Assembly (NCBI GenBank): GCA_951406725.2
Contig: OX597838.1
Location: forward strand, 17,236,001 to 17,300,000
Source: Octopus vulgaris
Lineage: Eukaryota
Direction of reading: 5' to 3'
DNA: 64,000 nt
Part shown: piece after piece, positions 29,631 through 43,992 of the stretch
How the letters are laid out: the number at the start of each line of letters is the position of its first letter
Numbering within the stretch: the first letter of the stretch is position 1
Program-made: the position numbers and the translations under genes
The notes under the pieces: model-generated
What the model was told of the DNA's origin: nothing
The model's database searches: none
Seen by the model: the letters and a program-made list of their open reading frames with translations, nothing else

Positions 29631-29876
29631 TTGAGTATGTGTGTATGAGTATTATATATCTTAGAACAAATCTTTGTGTGTATATATGTTTCAATGCGTA
29701 CATTTGCATCTGCGTGTAAAGTATATGAAATGATTATTATGTATATACATCAGTTTTTCCTGTGTTGTTATACACATATCTATACCTCTAGAGATTCATA
29801 TCTGCCGCATATCCACCTTATGTATAGATGGACGCCATGTTGATGACACAAGAAAATGTGTGCGTGAAAGAGTGTG

Positions 29877-29946
<70 letters not shown>

Positions 29947-30059
29947 TGTATGTATGTATGTATGTATGTGTGTGTATATATATTTATATATGTGTATATA
30001 TGTTTGTAGGTATATATATATATATAAGCACAAACGCACACCAACACGCTCATTATAAT

Positions 30060-30109
<50 letters not shown>

Positions 30110-32626
30110 GCTCGTGTGTATATGTGGAAGGTGACCATTGAGAATAGAAGCGTGTATATTTGTGTAGAAATGTGTAGAACTGTTCCCAGGTGAGCTGTGA
30201 GTCTGGGAAGACATTTTCAAGATACTATATATATGTGTGTTTATTTGGTCTCCCTTTATTCCACATTAGACTTGGCTGCCATAGTAATGTATCTTTGTTC
30301 TGTATATGTGTGTATATATATGTGTGTGTGTTTATATGCACCAATACATTTGTATGTATTTGTACATACATGCATGCATGCATGCATACACATGGGCGCA
30401 CATACACAGATACACACATGCATGTGTGTGTGTGTGTGTGTATGTGTGTTAGTGTGCCTATATTTTGCATCTATGTATGTGATTTTGCGAACCAAACAGA
30501 GAAGAGGAAATGAAAGAGGAAAATAAATATTGGAGAGGCAAAAAGAGTGAGAGATAGAAGGCGACAGAGTGAACGAGCGAGGAAGAGGGGGGAAAATAGA
30601 GAGAGAGAAAGAGAGAGAGAGAAAGAGAGAGAGAGGGTGAGAGAAGGAGGAGGAGGAGGAGGAGACAGGTAACGAGGGAAAATGTGTGCAAGGAGGAGGA
30701 AAATTAGGAGGTGTAGGAAGAGGATATTGAGAGTAGAAACATGTATTTTACCGTGAGATAGCATTCTACACAATTTATGGTGGATATCACTGTGGTATAT
30801 TTCAGCGGAATATATAAATATAGCATAGATAGATGGGTGTAGAGGTTAGAGTTAGACTAGTGAATTAAACTATTCCCCTGCAGCTAATATACAAGTAAAT
30901 GGTGATGTATAACCCCCAAAATTTACATAAAAAGAAATACGATGTATCCTCAATAAGAGATTAGCAATATTTGAAGAACTAGAAATAGCATTTAAAATTA
31001 TATGTAAATCCGTATTTCTAATAATAGAATATTTGTCTTATATCTTTTGTCATTGTCTCCATTGGCCATTTGTTTTAGACGAAAAAAAAAACACAAACTT
31101 TATCTTAACATCGATTTCTTCGATGTCATTTGTGAAAAATCATTTACACCGGATTTTAAAAGTCTACGTAAATGTGCTTGTTATAATATTAACTGTTATC
31201 GTGGTGGGAAATACTCTTGGTTGTAGGAGAAAGATGGCTGTTGGAAGAGTATGTTACAGTCCCACACAAACTCTTTTAGTGTGGCAAATTGTTTCGAGAT
31301 GTGAACACGTGATCAGTAGATCCTGTTTCTCGCCACCCTCGCCACTAACTTCTCGTTGTTTAAGTTCCCTAATCGGTGGTTTTCTTAAACACATTGAATT
31401 AAGAAAAGAAATTGTATTGAAATTAAATAGATTGACTGGACTAGTGACATAGCAATCGTTCTCGAATCTCTCCAGCGTAGACACCAGAACTTTTTAAGGA
31501 TAAAACTCCATTAAGTGTTGTAAGAATTAAGCTTTCTCCCAGGATTTGCGACGTCATTCAAGTGGAACTGGTACAGACGGTAAATGAAACCGTTCCGCAT
31601 TATTCCTTCCCCAACATTTTATCGGTATAACACCACCTACCCATACACACACCTCAGCATTATACAAAAGTATTTCGTATGAGAGGCCCAGATATTTTAG
31701 GAGGCGGGAAACGGAAGTTGTGGTGTTCAAATCCTTACAAATAACAACAGCAATATCACTGAAGTGAAATTAATTTAAGTTGGATATCTATCCACATTAC
31801 TTTTTCGTTTCGTTCCTAATTTCAGACACATTGACATGGACTACCAACCCAGAAATTGTAGGTTCACGTCTGCTGCTAATGTCTTATATTTTGTGAAAAA
31901 CCATATTATTTTCAACTGTATTGCTTCACATATTTGACAAAAATAAATCATTTACGAGTGTTGTCTTTGATAGACTCGCGACTAATTCAGGGGAATTTTT
32001 ACCCCGCATCTGTTTATCCTCTCTTCCTAAGCCCCTGTAAGGCTCATTCTAATCAGTGGCCCTTAAAAGTAGGATTCGGAAAGTATCTACTGACATTTGT
32101 GTTTACTTGCCTTAGTAGACACGAACAAAAATTTAATTTCCTCGACCCTTCAGAAGTAAAGTGCAAAGGAATGCTGAGGAGAAGTAGTGATGTTCATTCT
32201 CAACAAAAATAAAAATTACGTAAGTGCAGGGAAATAGCGCGAACCAAACAACAGAGTTGATCACGCAAACACACATGTCAACAATAACAAAAACAACAAT
32301 CACAACACATTCTATATATGTTCAGACCTGCTGTATACCAGTACAGACACAGACATGGTCACGTGGTTAACAAGTTCGGATCGCAGTTATTCGGTTCCAA
32401 TTTCGATCCTGCAACTCGTAAATAGTATTTTACTATAACCTCAGGTCAAACCAAACTTTGTAAACGAAACTGAGTTGAAATAAAAGATGGAATCTCGTCG
32501 ATGGATTATACATGTTATTCAGCCTTCTCACATTCTTCGTCACTTGATGAAATCTAAGGATTATGTAAAGAGAAGGCATGTCTGCGGAATATTCAGCCGC
32601 TCACACTACAAAACAATGAGGATGTT

Positions 32627-32678
<52 letters not shown>

Positions 32679-32947
32679 TGTGTGTGTGTGCGTATGTGTA
32701 TGTGTCTGTTACAGTTAAGGTACATGCGTATGTGTCGAGTACTAAGTCACTTCCGGTATTAAGCAAGGAACAAGCGTTTCGGTTGGTTAAAAAACCCGGA
32801 ATACCTATCATCGAAAGCGACAGAGGAGCCATTTTACTTCTATTTATGTGTGCATATATTTGTCAATGTATGTATGTGGATGTGATTGAACGTGTTGCAT
32901 ATGTATGCATATTTTTTGATGTTTGGCAAACACATATATATATATTT

Positions 32948-33331
32948 TGGAAGCACTCCGTCGGTTACGACGATGAGGGTTCCGGTTGATCCGAATCAAC
33001 GGAACAGCCTGCTCGTGAAATTAACGTGTGAGTGGCTGAGCACTCCACAGACACGTGCACCCTTAACGTAGTTCTCGGGGATATTCAGCGTGACACAGAG
33101 AGTGACAAGGCCGGCCCCTTGAAATACAGGTACAACAGAATCAGGAAGTATGAGTGAGAGAAAGTTGTGGTGAAAGAGTACAGCAGGGATCGCCACCATC
33201 CCCTGCCGGAGCCTCGTGGAGCTTTAGGTGTTTTCGCTCAATAAACACTCACAACACTCACTCTGGGAATCGAAACCCCGATCTTATGACCGCGAGTCCA
33301 TTGCCCTAACCACTGGGCCATTGCGCCTCCA
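32948..33331 (-). mobile_element. Full-length tRNA-Arg-like SINE (octopus OR-like)
   Basis: Minus-strand head GGAGGCGCAATGGCCCAGTGGTTAGGGC…GACTCGCGGTC…GGTTTCGATTCCC; close matches at 52134-52517 and 57315-57685. Confidence 0.85.
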
Positions 33332-33799
33332 CATATATATATATATTGAAGCATTCACCTACTAGCATATTCTTTTACTAGTTTCAGTCATTTGACTGCG
33401 GTGAGATTAAAAGGCAGAGGCAGTTTGTATATATGATTGGTGTTTACTGAATATTGTGACATATTTCGCAACAATTGTAAGGTTGGACTTTTCCACTGAC
33501 GTTCGTAGTAATATTCACAAGACGTGGGTACCTGATTGCTATACCACTACTCAACCAATGATCTGTTGTTGCCAGGAATTCAAAGACAGCAAAACTCAGA
33601 GGGTTGCAATTGCTTTATAGTTTTGTTCAAACCATCAACTGAATTCTGTGAAAATACATGTTATTTATTTTTTTTTGTTATACACAGACCCAGGCGAACA
33701 ACTAAACCACGAATACATACTATATACATATATACATCTATTTTGTTGGTGTTTGTGTATGTGTAGGTATATATATAGTTGGAATTTACAAAAAAAAAA

Positions 33800-33978
33800 A
33801 AAAAAAAAAACGATAAGACGGGTGTGTAAACAACAACCAGATGTATTAGTTTAACGCTCGGGAAGTGAGAAAGTCTTTTACGTTTCGAACCTACGCTCTT
33901 CAACAGAAAGGAACACAGAAATAAGCAGAGAGAGAAAATAAAAAGGTTTAGTGCCTAGCGATCAATCATGGCGAATGG

Positions 33979-33980
<2 letters not shown>
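33800..33980 (-). mobile_element. Penelope-type short element with variant hammerhead motif
   Basis: Minus strand CTTT-CTGTTGA-A-GAGC-GTAG-GTTC-GAAAC-GTA-AAAG (33874-33912); same family as 43490-43650; abuts (TA)n. Confidence 0.55.
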
Positions 33981-34018
<38 letters not shown>

Positions 34019-34427
34019 GAGTGATATAAACGGTCAGGTACATTCTAAAGCAAGCTTAAGATATAAAGTGGGGACAAAATTGTCTAAGAGACTAGCAACC
34101 TATATCTGTGAGATACCCTCCCATCGGGATAACTGTTACACCAAAGCTACTGGCCTCTTTTACACAGTCCCACACAACACACACGCACATGCACAAACAC
34201 ACACACACACAAACACATAGAAACACACATACACACGCACATTTATACACACGAATATATGTATATGTAGCTATACGTTTACAAACATGTATACAATTAA
34301 ATACATAAAAAAAATTACAACACAAGAAGAACGATCGTGTAAATACGTACATAGACATATATACACATATAAATACATACATACGTAAATACATATATAG
34401 ATAATTACTAGGTATGTATACACATAT

Positions 34428-34822
34428 AGGCGTAGGAGTGGCTGTGTGGTAAGTAGCTTGCTTACGAACCACATGATCCTGGGTTCAGTCCCACTGCGTG
34501 GCACCTTGGGCAAGTGTCTTCTACTATAGCCTCGGGTCGACCAAAGCCTTGTGAGTGAATTTGGTAGACGGAAACTCAAAGAGGCCCGTCGTATATATGT
34601 ATATATAAGTATATGTATGTGTGTATCTGTGTTTGTCCCCCGCAACATCGCTGACAACTGATGCTGGTGTATTTATGTCCCCATAACTTAGCGGTTCGGC
34701 AAAAAGAAACCGATAGAATAAGTACAAGACTTACAAAGAATAAGTCCTGGGGTTGATTTGCTCAACTAAAGGCGGTGCTCCAGCATGGCCACAGTCAAAT
34801 GACTGAAACAAGTAAAAGAGAG
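34428..34822 (+). mobile_element. Full-length OK-like SINE
   Basis: Same head, body and tail as 26505-26915 and 56685-57068. Confidence 0.85.
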
Positions 34823-35149
34823 TATATAAAAATGTATGCGTGTGTGGGCATTCCTTCGTGTATACACACGCACAACAATTAACTACAGCAATTAGAAGGA
34901 TTCTTTGTGTGACAAACGTATATGGAAGCTGTGGTACCTATCTCTAATGTAACACCTGGAGAAGTGCGCGTGCGTGTGTGTATGTGCGCGTGCGTGCGTG
35001 TGTATGTGTCTGTTACTAATATCGTATCTATGCATGTATGCATCTATAGGTAATGCACACGTGTCAACCTAAATGTTGATTGTTCAGTTTTCATACATTT
35101 GTTCTTTTGTCTGTCTATCCCCTGTCGTTTTCTCCCTCTTCCCTCTCCC

Positions 35150-35240
<91 letters not shown>

Positions 35241-35325
35241 TGGGGTCCCAGAATGGCCACAGTCAAATGGCTGAAAGAAGTAGGATAAGAAGTAAAAGAA
35301 ACGTATAATTACATATATATATATA

Positions 35326-35722
35326 GGTGCAGATATGGCTGTGTGGTAAGAAGCTTACTTCCCAACCATGTGGTTCCAGGTTCATTATCACTGCGTGGCA
35401 CCCTGGACAGGTCGCTTCTACTATAGCCTCCGACCGACCAAAGCCTTGTGACTGGATTTGGTAGACGGAAACTGAAAGAAGCCTGTTGTATATACGTATA
35501 TTTATGCATATATTTGTGTTTCTCTGTTTGTCCAGCCCGCCATCGCTCGATAATCGATGCTAGTGTGTTTATGTCCCCGTAACTTAGCGGTTCGACAAAA
35601 TAAACCGATAGAATATGTACTAGGCTTACAAGGAATAAGTCCTGAGGTCGATTTGTGCGACTAATGGTGGTGCTCCAGCATGGCCGCAGTCAAATGGCTG
35701 AAACAAGAGAAAAAGTAAAAGA
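35326..35722 (+). mobile_element. Full-length OK-like SINE
   Basis: Same head, body and tail as 34428-34822. Confidence 0.85.
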
Positions 35723-35749
35723 AATATATAATCTTATATATGTAGATAT

Positions 35750-36633
<884 letters not shown>

Positions 36634-37070
36634 ACGTACATATATTTACGCCCATGTAACGCCATTATTTTTCGTACGTGAAGTTAAGAAAATGTTTGAA
36701 TAACAACAGAATGGATGATAGTTATCAAACTTTGATATTAAATATATGACGTTAACTGCTTCATTCTATTAGCGATGACATTTTGTACAGAAGCGTTTTT
36801 GTGTGACCTTCATGCTATCGCTGTTATCGACACCGGAAGTTCATGGAAAACTGGAAGCTGACATCCATGTGGTATGAAACAAAATGGTGGATTATTATTT
36901 CAAATCAACAGTCAGTGGTTTGTCCAGTGACTGAGCAGTGAATTGTTCATATTTTATTCATTTTAATTCTGTATCGAGTGGAAAATAAATAACTAAGCAT
37001 ATACTACTTCAACTGATTTTTATTTATGCATATAGTTGTGTAAGAAGGGTTAGAGAAACGCCCTCCTCTG

Positions 37071-37124
<54 letters not shown>

Positions 37125-37778
37125 CATTTGTCTGTCTGGTTATGTGTCTCTCTGCCTATCAGCTTGTCTGCCTACCTCCTTCTGTCTTTGTGTGTGTGCG
37201 CGCGAACACACAGACACAGACACATATATATACACCGACATATACAAATACGCATATATATATATATATGTATATATAAAGAGGAAGAGAGAGGGGGAGA
37301 GAGAGAGAGAAGGAGAGAGCGAGAGAAGGTGGTATATACACTTACATATGTTCAAAAATATGAGGCTGGAGCGTTCGTGTCCCGTATACTAGTTTCAATG
37401 TCAACGCAGGACTATTGTAGAAGACGCTAGTCAAAAGTGCAGCGCAGAGAGAATGACCCTGAAATTACCTGTTCGTGAAGTGAACTTGTGAATGAGTGAG
37501 AACGGACGGTAGACAAAGAGACAAGATAAGTGGACAGATAGATTAGACTGATAGACAGCGAGACACACAGGTAGAGAGGCAGACAAACATGCAAATAGAT
37601 ACATTATTTACATTATTTACATTTGACGGATATTTGTTAGTACAACGATTCGGCTGATACACCCTCCAGCCTTCATCAGATGTCTTGGGGAAATTTCGAA
37701 CCTGGGTTTTCATTCCTAAGGTATTTTTCGATGTTATTATTGTTATTATTATTATTATCATCATCATCATTATTATTA

Positions 37779-37845
<67 letters not shown>

Positions 37846-37942
37846 CATCACTATTATTATTATCATACAGGTCACTGCTCGGAATCGAACTCGGAATCTT
37901 GGGGTTAGTAGCCCGCGCTCTTAACCACTACGCCATATGCCC

Positions 37943-38020
37943 GGGTATATGGGGTAGTGGTTAAGAGCGCGGGATACTAACACCAAGATTCCGAGTTCGA
38001 TTCGATTCCAGGCAGTGACC
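37943..38020 (+). other. tRNA-like Pol III head (mirror copy 37870-37942, minus strand); not a functional tRNA
   Basis: A box TGG(C/G)GTAGTGG, anticodon-like arm GGGCTACTAACCC (minus copy), B box GAGTTCGATTC; no good acceptor stem. Confidence 0.7.
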
Positions 38021-38106
38021 TAAATAATAATATTAATAATAATAATAATAATAATAATATCGAAAAATACCTTAGGAATGAGAACCCAGGTTCGAAATTT
38101 CCCCAA

Positions 38107-38152
38107 GACACCTGATGAAGGCTGGAGGGCATATCAGCCGAAACCTTGTGCT
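38107..38152 (+). ncRNA. Minimal type I hammerhead ribozyme motif (Penelope type); mirror copy 37638-37685 on the minus strand
   Basis: GACAC-CTGATGA-A-GGCTG-(10 nt)-CAGCC-GAAAC-(C/G)TT-GTG; the two copies give consensus GAAACGTT and each has one core-region substitution. Confidence 0.65.
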
Positions 38153-38689
38153 AACAACAAACAAGATGTGGACAAATATCCGTCAAACGTAAATAATGCA
38201 AATAATGTACATAATTCCTCATCTCTTATATATAAAACTGTATTATGCAAATAGATAGATAAACATATAGTGACACCGGCAGATATATTAACAACTAGAT
38301 TGACAGATAATTGTCTACAAAGATAGACAAAGGGCGAATTGCCGAAAAACTTTAGGGCGTCGGATAGGAGCTTTCATGGTTTTTTGTTTCGACTCCTTGT
38401 CCTCTCAGTTCAAATCCCGCCAAGTTTAACTTTGCCTCTCTTCCGTTCGGAGTTGATATAAAAATACTGCAGTCCAGAGTGGTGGTGGTCGATAAAACAA
38501 AAAAATTGTAGCAATTGAGCTCTGTGAGAAGGTGGATAAGATATTTTGCTGTGTGTAGTTCTGTTGTTTGTGTTTCTGACGGCAACGCCTGTGACAACTC
38601 TGATGTTCGGCTGCATCTGCCCCATTCAGTGGCTTCCTCCTTGGGCAACCGTAGGCTTGAAAACGAGACTTTGCTCAGACGGACAACTT

Positions 38690-39010
38690 TATCTTTTACT
38701 TACTTCAGTCAAGAGTTTTTTTGGTTGAACAAATCGCCCTCAGTACTTATTTTTAAGGTTCGGTCTCGTTTGATGACTCGCTAAGTTACTGGGACGTAAA
38801 AAATAAAACACAAGCGAGGCGAGTAGTAAACACAAACACACACACACGACGCGTTTAATAAAATTTCGCTTGACTAAATTCATTCACAAGACATTGGTCG
38901 GCCTGGATCTAAAGCAGAATATATTTAACCAAGGTGCAGCGCAGTGGGCCTGAACCCGAGAGCATGTGGTTGCAAAGCGATCTTCTTAGCCACACAGCTA
39001 TGCCTGCTCC
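38690..39010 (-). mobile_element. Old diverged OK-like SINE
   Basis: Recognisable head (CTTAGCCACACAGCTATGCCTGC) and tail. Confidence 0.6.
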
Positions 39011-39427
39011 TGCAAATCTTCACAGAAATATTTTGCCCAAGTTTGGGCATATTTGTATCGATGAATGATCAACGTTCAGTGACAGAGGACCTATATATAG
39101 ATGTAGTTGGAGATAAATAGATATGTAGGCATATAGACAGAGTTAAGAAGGTTGAAGGACTTATACATGGGTGCGTGACGGACGGCGAGGTCGACAGATA
39201 GATTATTAGATAGGGATATACACACACGCATAGATATACAGAAAGATAATGTATGTATGTGTGTGTGTGTGTGTGTGTGGTGATTGACTGACAGATACAT
39301 AGTAAACAGAAAATGTAAACAGATATGCATATAGAAGTATAGAGAGAATTATACGGAAGGTAGACGAACGGACAGATAGACAGACAGGTAGGTAGATAGA
39401 CAGATAGATAGATAGATGGATGGATAA

Positions 39428-39590
39428 CTTTCTTTATTGGCCACACGGGGCTGAACACAGAGGGGACAAATACAAATGTAGAGCTTTTCTTTTCGAATAT
39501 AGAAAAAGGAAAAAGAAGGGAAACAAATGTAAAATTCCGATCTAAAGGGATCGAAAAAAAAGAAGGCGATAAAAAGGGATCGTGTTTTGT
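39428..39590 (-). mobile_element. 3' UTR fragment of a LINE-like element sharing the Nin-SINE tail (second copy 48556-48722, + strand)
   Basis: GAAAAGCTCTAC.TTTGTA.TTTGTCCCCTCTG…GTGTGGC.AATA.AGAAA followed by (TCTA)n in both copies. Confidence 0.55.
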
Positions 39591-39619
39591 TTGTTTGTTT
39601 TTTTGATCGCCCCTTTTTT

Positions 39620-39945
<326 letters not shown>

Positions 39946-40359
39946 GCAAACTAGCTAGACAGGTGGATTGGTTAGAAAGACAAGTAAATAAATCAGATTC
40001 AGGGATATAAAGAAAGACATACAGATCGACAGGTAAACAGACTGATAGATAAACGGGCGAATAAATACAAAGACATTTTATGGTTAACAATTCATCCTTT
40101 TTCTCATCCATCCACGATTTCTTCACTCTCCGCCACCATCCTGCACTTTCTCACTTCTCCCCCCATCTCCTTCTCTTCTTTTATTTTTTCATTCTCCTTG
40201 CTCTTCCTTCCTTCCTTCCTTCCTTCCTTCCTTATTTACTTCCTTCCTTCCTTTTTCATATGAAACGTTATTCTAATCAGATTACTCAATGCTGTTATTT
40301 CTGCAACATAAGGTATCATGAAGTTTTCTTTACAGATATCGTCTTCAATTTCAGTTATG

Positions 40360-40401
40360 CTGCTGCCACTACTACTACTACTACTACTACCACTACCTCT
40401 T

Positions 40402-40432
<31 letters not shown>

Positions 40433-40489
40433 CTACTACTATTACTACTGCCACCACCTCTACTACTACTACTACCACTACCTCTACTA

Positions 40490-40539
<50 letters not shown>

Positions 40540-40594
40540 GCTACTACTACCACTACATCTACTACTACAACTACTACTACTACCACCGCCACCT

Positions 40595-40640
<46 letters not shown>

Positions 40641-40708
40641 CTCTTCTACTACTACTACTACTATCACTACTGCCACCACCTCTACTACTACTACTACTGC
40701 CACCAACT

Positions 40709-40758
<50 letters not shown>

Positions 40759-40792
40759 GCTACTACTACTGCTACTACTACTGCTACTACTA
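40360..40792. repeat. (CTA)n/(CAC) trinucleotide array
   Basis: Seen directly. Confidence 0.95.
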
Positions 40793-41009
40793 GCTGTTGA
40801 GAACTAATGCTCAGTTTGTGTGCATGTGTATGCGTGTGCCTGTAAATATGTAGTGTGTGTGTGTATGTGTGTGTCCGTGTGTGTAATGTTCCGTGACCTG
40901 GTTTTTCATTTTCATATCGGGACGTTCATAATCTGTTAGTAATGTCCTCGTGAAGGACCAGAGCACTTCTCTTTCTGCGTCCATTGTATATAGAAACCTC
41001 GCTGGAATC

Positions 41010-41461
41010 GTTTGGCAGAATCGTTAGACCCGTCGGCAAGGTGCTTTGTAGCGTATATCCCAGTGCTTCATGTTTTGATTTCAAATTGCAACGAAATCAA
41101 CTTTGTCTCTCATTCTTTCGAGGCTGAAAAAAATTAATAACTGTAATAATTTCTTCTTCTTCTTCTTCTTCTTCTTCTTCTTCTTCTTCTTCTTCTTCTT
41201 CTTCTTCTTCTTCTTCTTCTTCTTCTTCTTCTTCTTCTTCTCCTCATTATTGGGCTGGCAGAATCGTTGGCTCTCCGGGCGAAATGCTTAGTGGTATTTC
41301 GTCTCTCGCTACGTCCCGAGTTCAAATTCCGCCGAGGTCGACTTTGTCTTTCATCCTTTCTGGATCGATTAAATAAGTTACCAGTTACTCACTGGGGTCG
41401 ATTCAATCAACTTAATCCCCTTCCCAAGCTGCCCTTGTGGCAAAAATTTGAAATCATCATC

Positions 41462-41506
<45 letters not shown>

Positions 41507-41980
41507 GAGCTGGCAGAATCGTTAGCCAGCCAGGCAAAATAGTTAATGTTATTTTGTCTGTCTTTACGTTCTGAGTTCAAATGCTGCTGAGGTGGAATTC
41601 ACCCTTCATCCTTCCAGGGTCGATAAAATAAGTACCAGTTGAGCTCTGAAGCTGATGCCCCCTAACTCAAAATTTCAGGCCTTGTGCCTACAGCAAAAAG
41701 GATTATTATTGTGGTTATTGTTGTTGTTGTTGTTAGTAGTAGTAGTAGTAGTAGTAGTAGGTTTGAGATGGCACAATCGTTAGCACGCCAAGCAAAATGC
41801 TTAGCGGCATTTCGTCCGTCTATACGTTCTGAGTTCAAATTCCGTCGGGGTCGACCTTGCTTTTACTCCATTCGAGGTCGATGAAATAAGTACCTGTTAA
41901 ACACACTGGGGTCAATTTAATCGACTTTTATCCCCCTCTCCCAAAATTTCAGTCCCTGTGCCTATTAGCGGGAAGGATTA
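41010..41980 (+). mobile_element. Four co-oriented Nin/Deu-domain SINEs separated by (TTC)n, (ATT)n and (GTT)/(AGT)n
   Basis: Heads TGGCAGAATCGTT-like at ~41013, 41256, 41511, 41770. Confidence 0.8.
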
Positions 41981-41999
41981 TTATTATTATTATTATTAT

Positions 42000-42543
42000 T
42001 GAGTGAGAGAGCAGTTCATGCCATCAAAGTGACACTGGGGTAAAATATACGAAGCCCAATATACCCATCATGACTACCCGTCTGATAAAGGTACACCAGG
42101 CACATGCATCACAACCATATGTGCGCGACATGGTGATCTCATATCAAGATAAACAGCACATGACCTTGCAGGTGGGGCCCAGTTAGAATTTTCTTCAGGT
42201 TGAGTAGCCCATCCCGCTCAAACGGTCCCTGAATAAGGGTTGTTTAAGGATGTTGAAAGAACCACCCATGTTTCCAGAGGTGAACTATTCAAACCCCAAA
42301 GAATCCCTCTCAACACATGGCTATGATGCTCCCCCACTACTTCTGCTCGTGATCAGAGATGCACATATCGTCAGCCACTAAGGGACATGCTCAACTGGTT
42401 AAGGTCAAACAACTGACGAGCAAATCTGTGGTATTGAGCAGAATATTTGCTGTAGCCCATCTTTTATACCAAGACAAAACAATGTACATGATAACACTTC
42501 CAATCAGTTAAGATCAGAAGCCATGAGAGCCACTGCCTGGTAC

Positions 42544-42544
<1 letters not shown>
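42000..42544 (-). mobile_element. Family X repeat, copy 3, flanked by (TTA)n
   Basis: Colinear with 453-975. Confidence 0.85.
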
Positions 42545-42595
<51 letters not shown>

Positions 42596-43187
42596 TATTA
42601 TTATCGGTTGTCCCGCTCAGAATTTTGGCTTTTGGTTTCAATATGTTTGCAATATATTTTAAGAGTAGTTTAACCAGCCTCTCTTCGCAGTACGCTGCAC
42701 ACACAAGTTTGCTATGCGCGCCTTCTCGTTTTGTGGCGTCGCGTATATTGCTTCACCTCAGTCGCAACGCCTGTAATATGCTCTAGGAAAGAGGTGTAAA
42801 AAGCAATGTTAAATCAAAACGACAGCAATTTAACTGGTTTGTAGAGTGTTCTAACCATACACAACAGAGAAATTTGGGTGTAGATATATAGTAATATATA
42901 TTAATAAAAATATCTCGGCGAATAACGCATTTTTAGAATGGGAATAATTTGCAAGTCATTGTGAACGAAAAAAAAAATAGCACTTCCTGTTTTAGTTATT
43001 CAGTATGAAATATGAGTTTTGGGGACGGCCATCGATGTATGAAGTAATTTATTTTACTCAGGTCAAGCCTGCAACCAAATTATTTATTGTACGCTTGAAA
43101 TATTTTGCTTTCTTGTTTATTTTTCTTGTTATTATGCACACGCAGGCATACCTTCACACATATGCATGCATGTATAGACACAAATAA

Positions 43188-43256
<69 letters not shown>

Positions 43257-43522
43257 TCGAAACGCGTAGTAGACGAAACAGGGACAACTGAAGAAGGGGA
43301 ATATTCCTTGTGTTGTGTCTTGTAATCTGTTTTGTCGTTTGAAAAAAAGTTCGTTTCCATGTTTTTGTTTTTATGTTTTCGTTTCTCACTGTGTTCAACG
43401 TTTTTTTTTTATGTTCTGTACCCATATATGCATGTATATATACATATATATGTAGGTATGTACATATATGTATGTATATATGCATATCTCTCCTTTTTTC
43501 TCTCCTTGTTTTTTTCTGTGTA

Positions 43523-43560
43523 TCTTTCTGTCGAAGAGCGTAGGCTCGAAACGTAAAAGA
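43523..43560 (+). ncRNA. Hammerhead-like motif with variant core, within Penelope-type fragment 43490-43650
   Basis: TCTTT-CTGTCGA-A-GAGC-GTAG-GCTC-GAAAC-GTA-AAAGA: stems I and II pair perfectly; A6 is replaced by T. Confidence 0.5.
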
Positions 43561-43959
43561 CTTTTTCTATTCCTGAGCGCTATACTAATATATTTGTTTG
43601 CTTGTACTCCACCTGCCCTCGTCTTTTGTTTATTTTCGTAAACTTTCCCTTTATATATATATATATAAATATATATTGCATCCATTCCGAATCGATAAAT
43701 TAAGTACCAGTCGCGTACTGAGGTCGATCTAATTGACTGGCCACCCCATTCCCTCAAAATTTCGGGCCTTGTACCTAGAGTAGAAAAGAGTATATAACTT
43801 TTTAAAGTGTGATGTATATATATATTATATTTCTATTGCGACGTGTATATTCTATGACATCGTTTGAATGGTTTGTACATTCAAAATGTGACCGCGTGTG
43901 TACCGTTGGCGATTTTTTTTCCTCCGTCTTCCCTTCCTTGGATCTTTCCTTTTCCTGTG

Positions 43960-43992
43960 TTTCTGACGAAGAGCTCCGCTCGAAACGTTAAA
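43960..43992 (+). ncRNA. Minimal hammerhead ribozyme motif within Penelope-type fragment ~43855-44098
   Basis: TTT-CTGACGA-A-GAGC-TCC-GCTC-GAAAC-GTT-AAA: intact CUGANGA/GAAA core, palindromic AACGTT stem III. Confidence 0.6.

Larger units (their letters stand above)
37601..38244. mobile_element. Head-to-head inverted dimer of a tRNA-head/(AAT)n/hammerhead-tail element with 12-bp TSD
   Basis: Axis at 37942/37943; arms are reverse complements; ATGCAAATAGAT directly repeated at 37589-37600 and 38245-38256. Confidence 0.85.

Noticed and set aside
37870-38020. Functional tRNA genes
   Set aside because: No proper acceptor stem; they are heads of a mobile element.
40080-40800. Poly-Y / mucin-like poly-T ORFs
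   Set aside because: Translation of a (CTA)n microsatellite.
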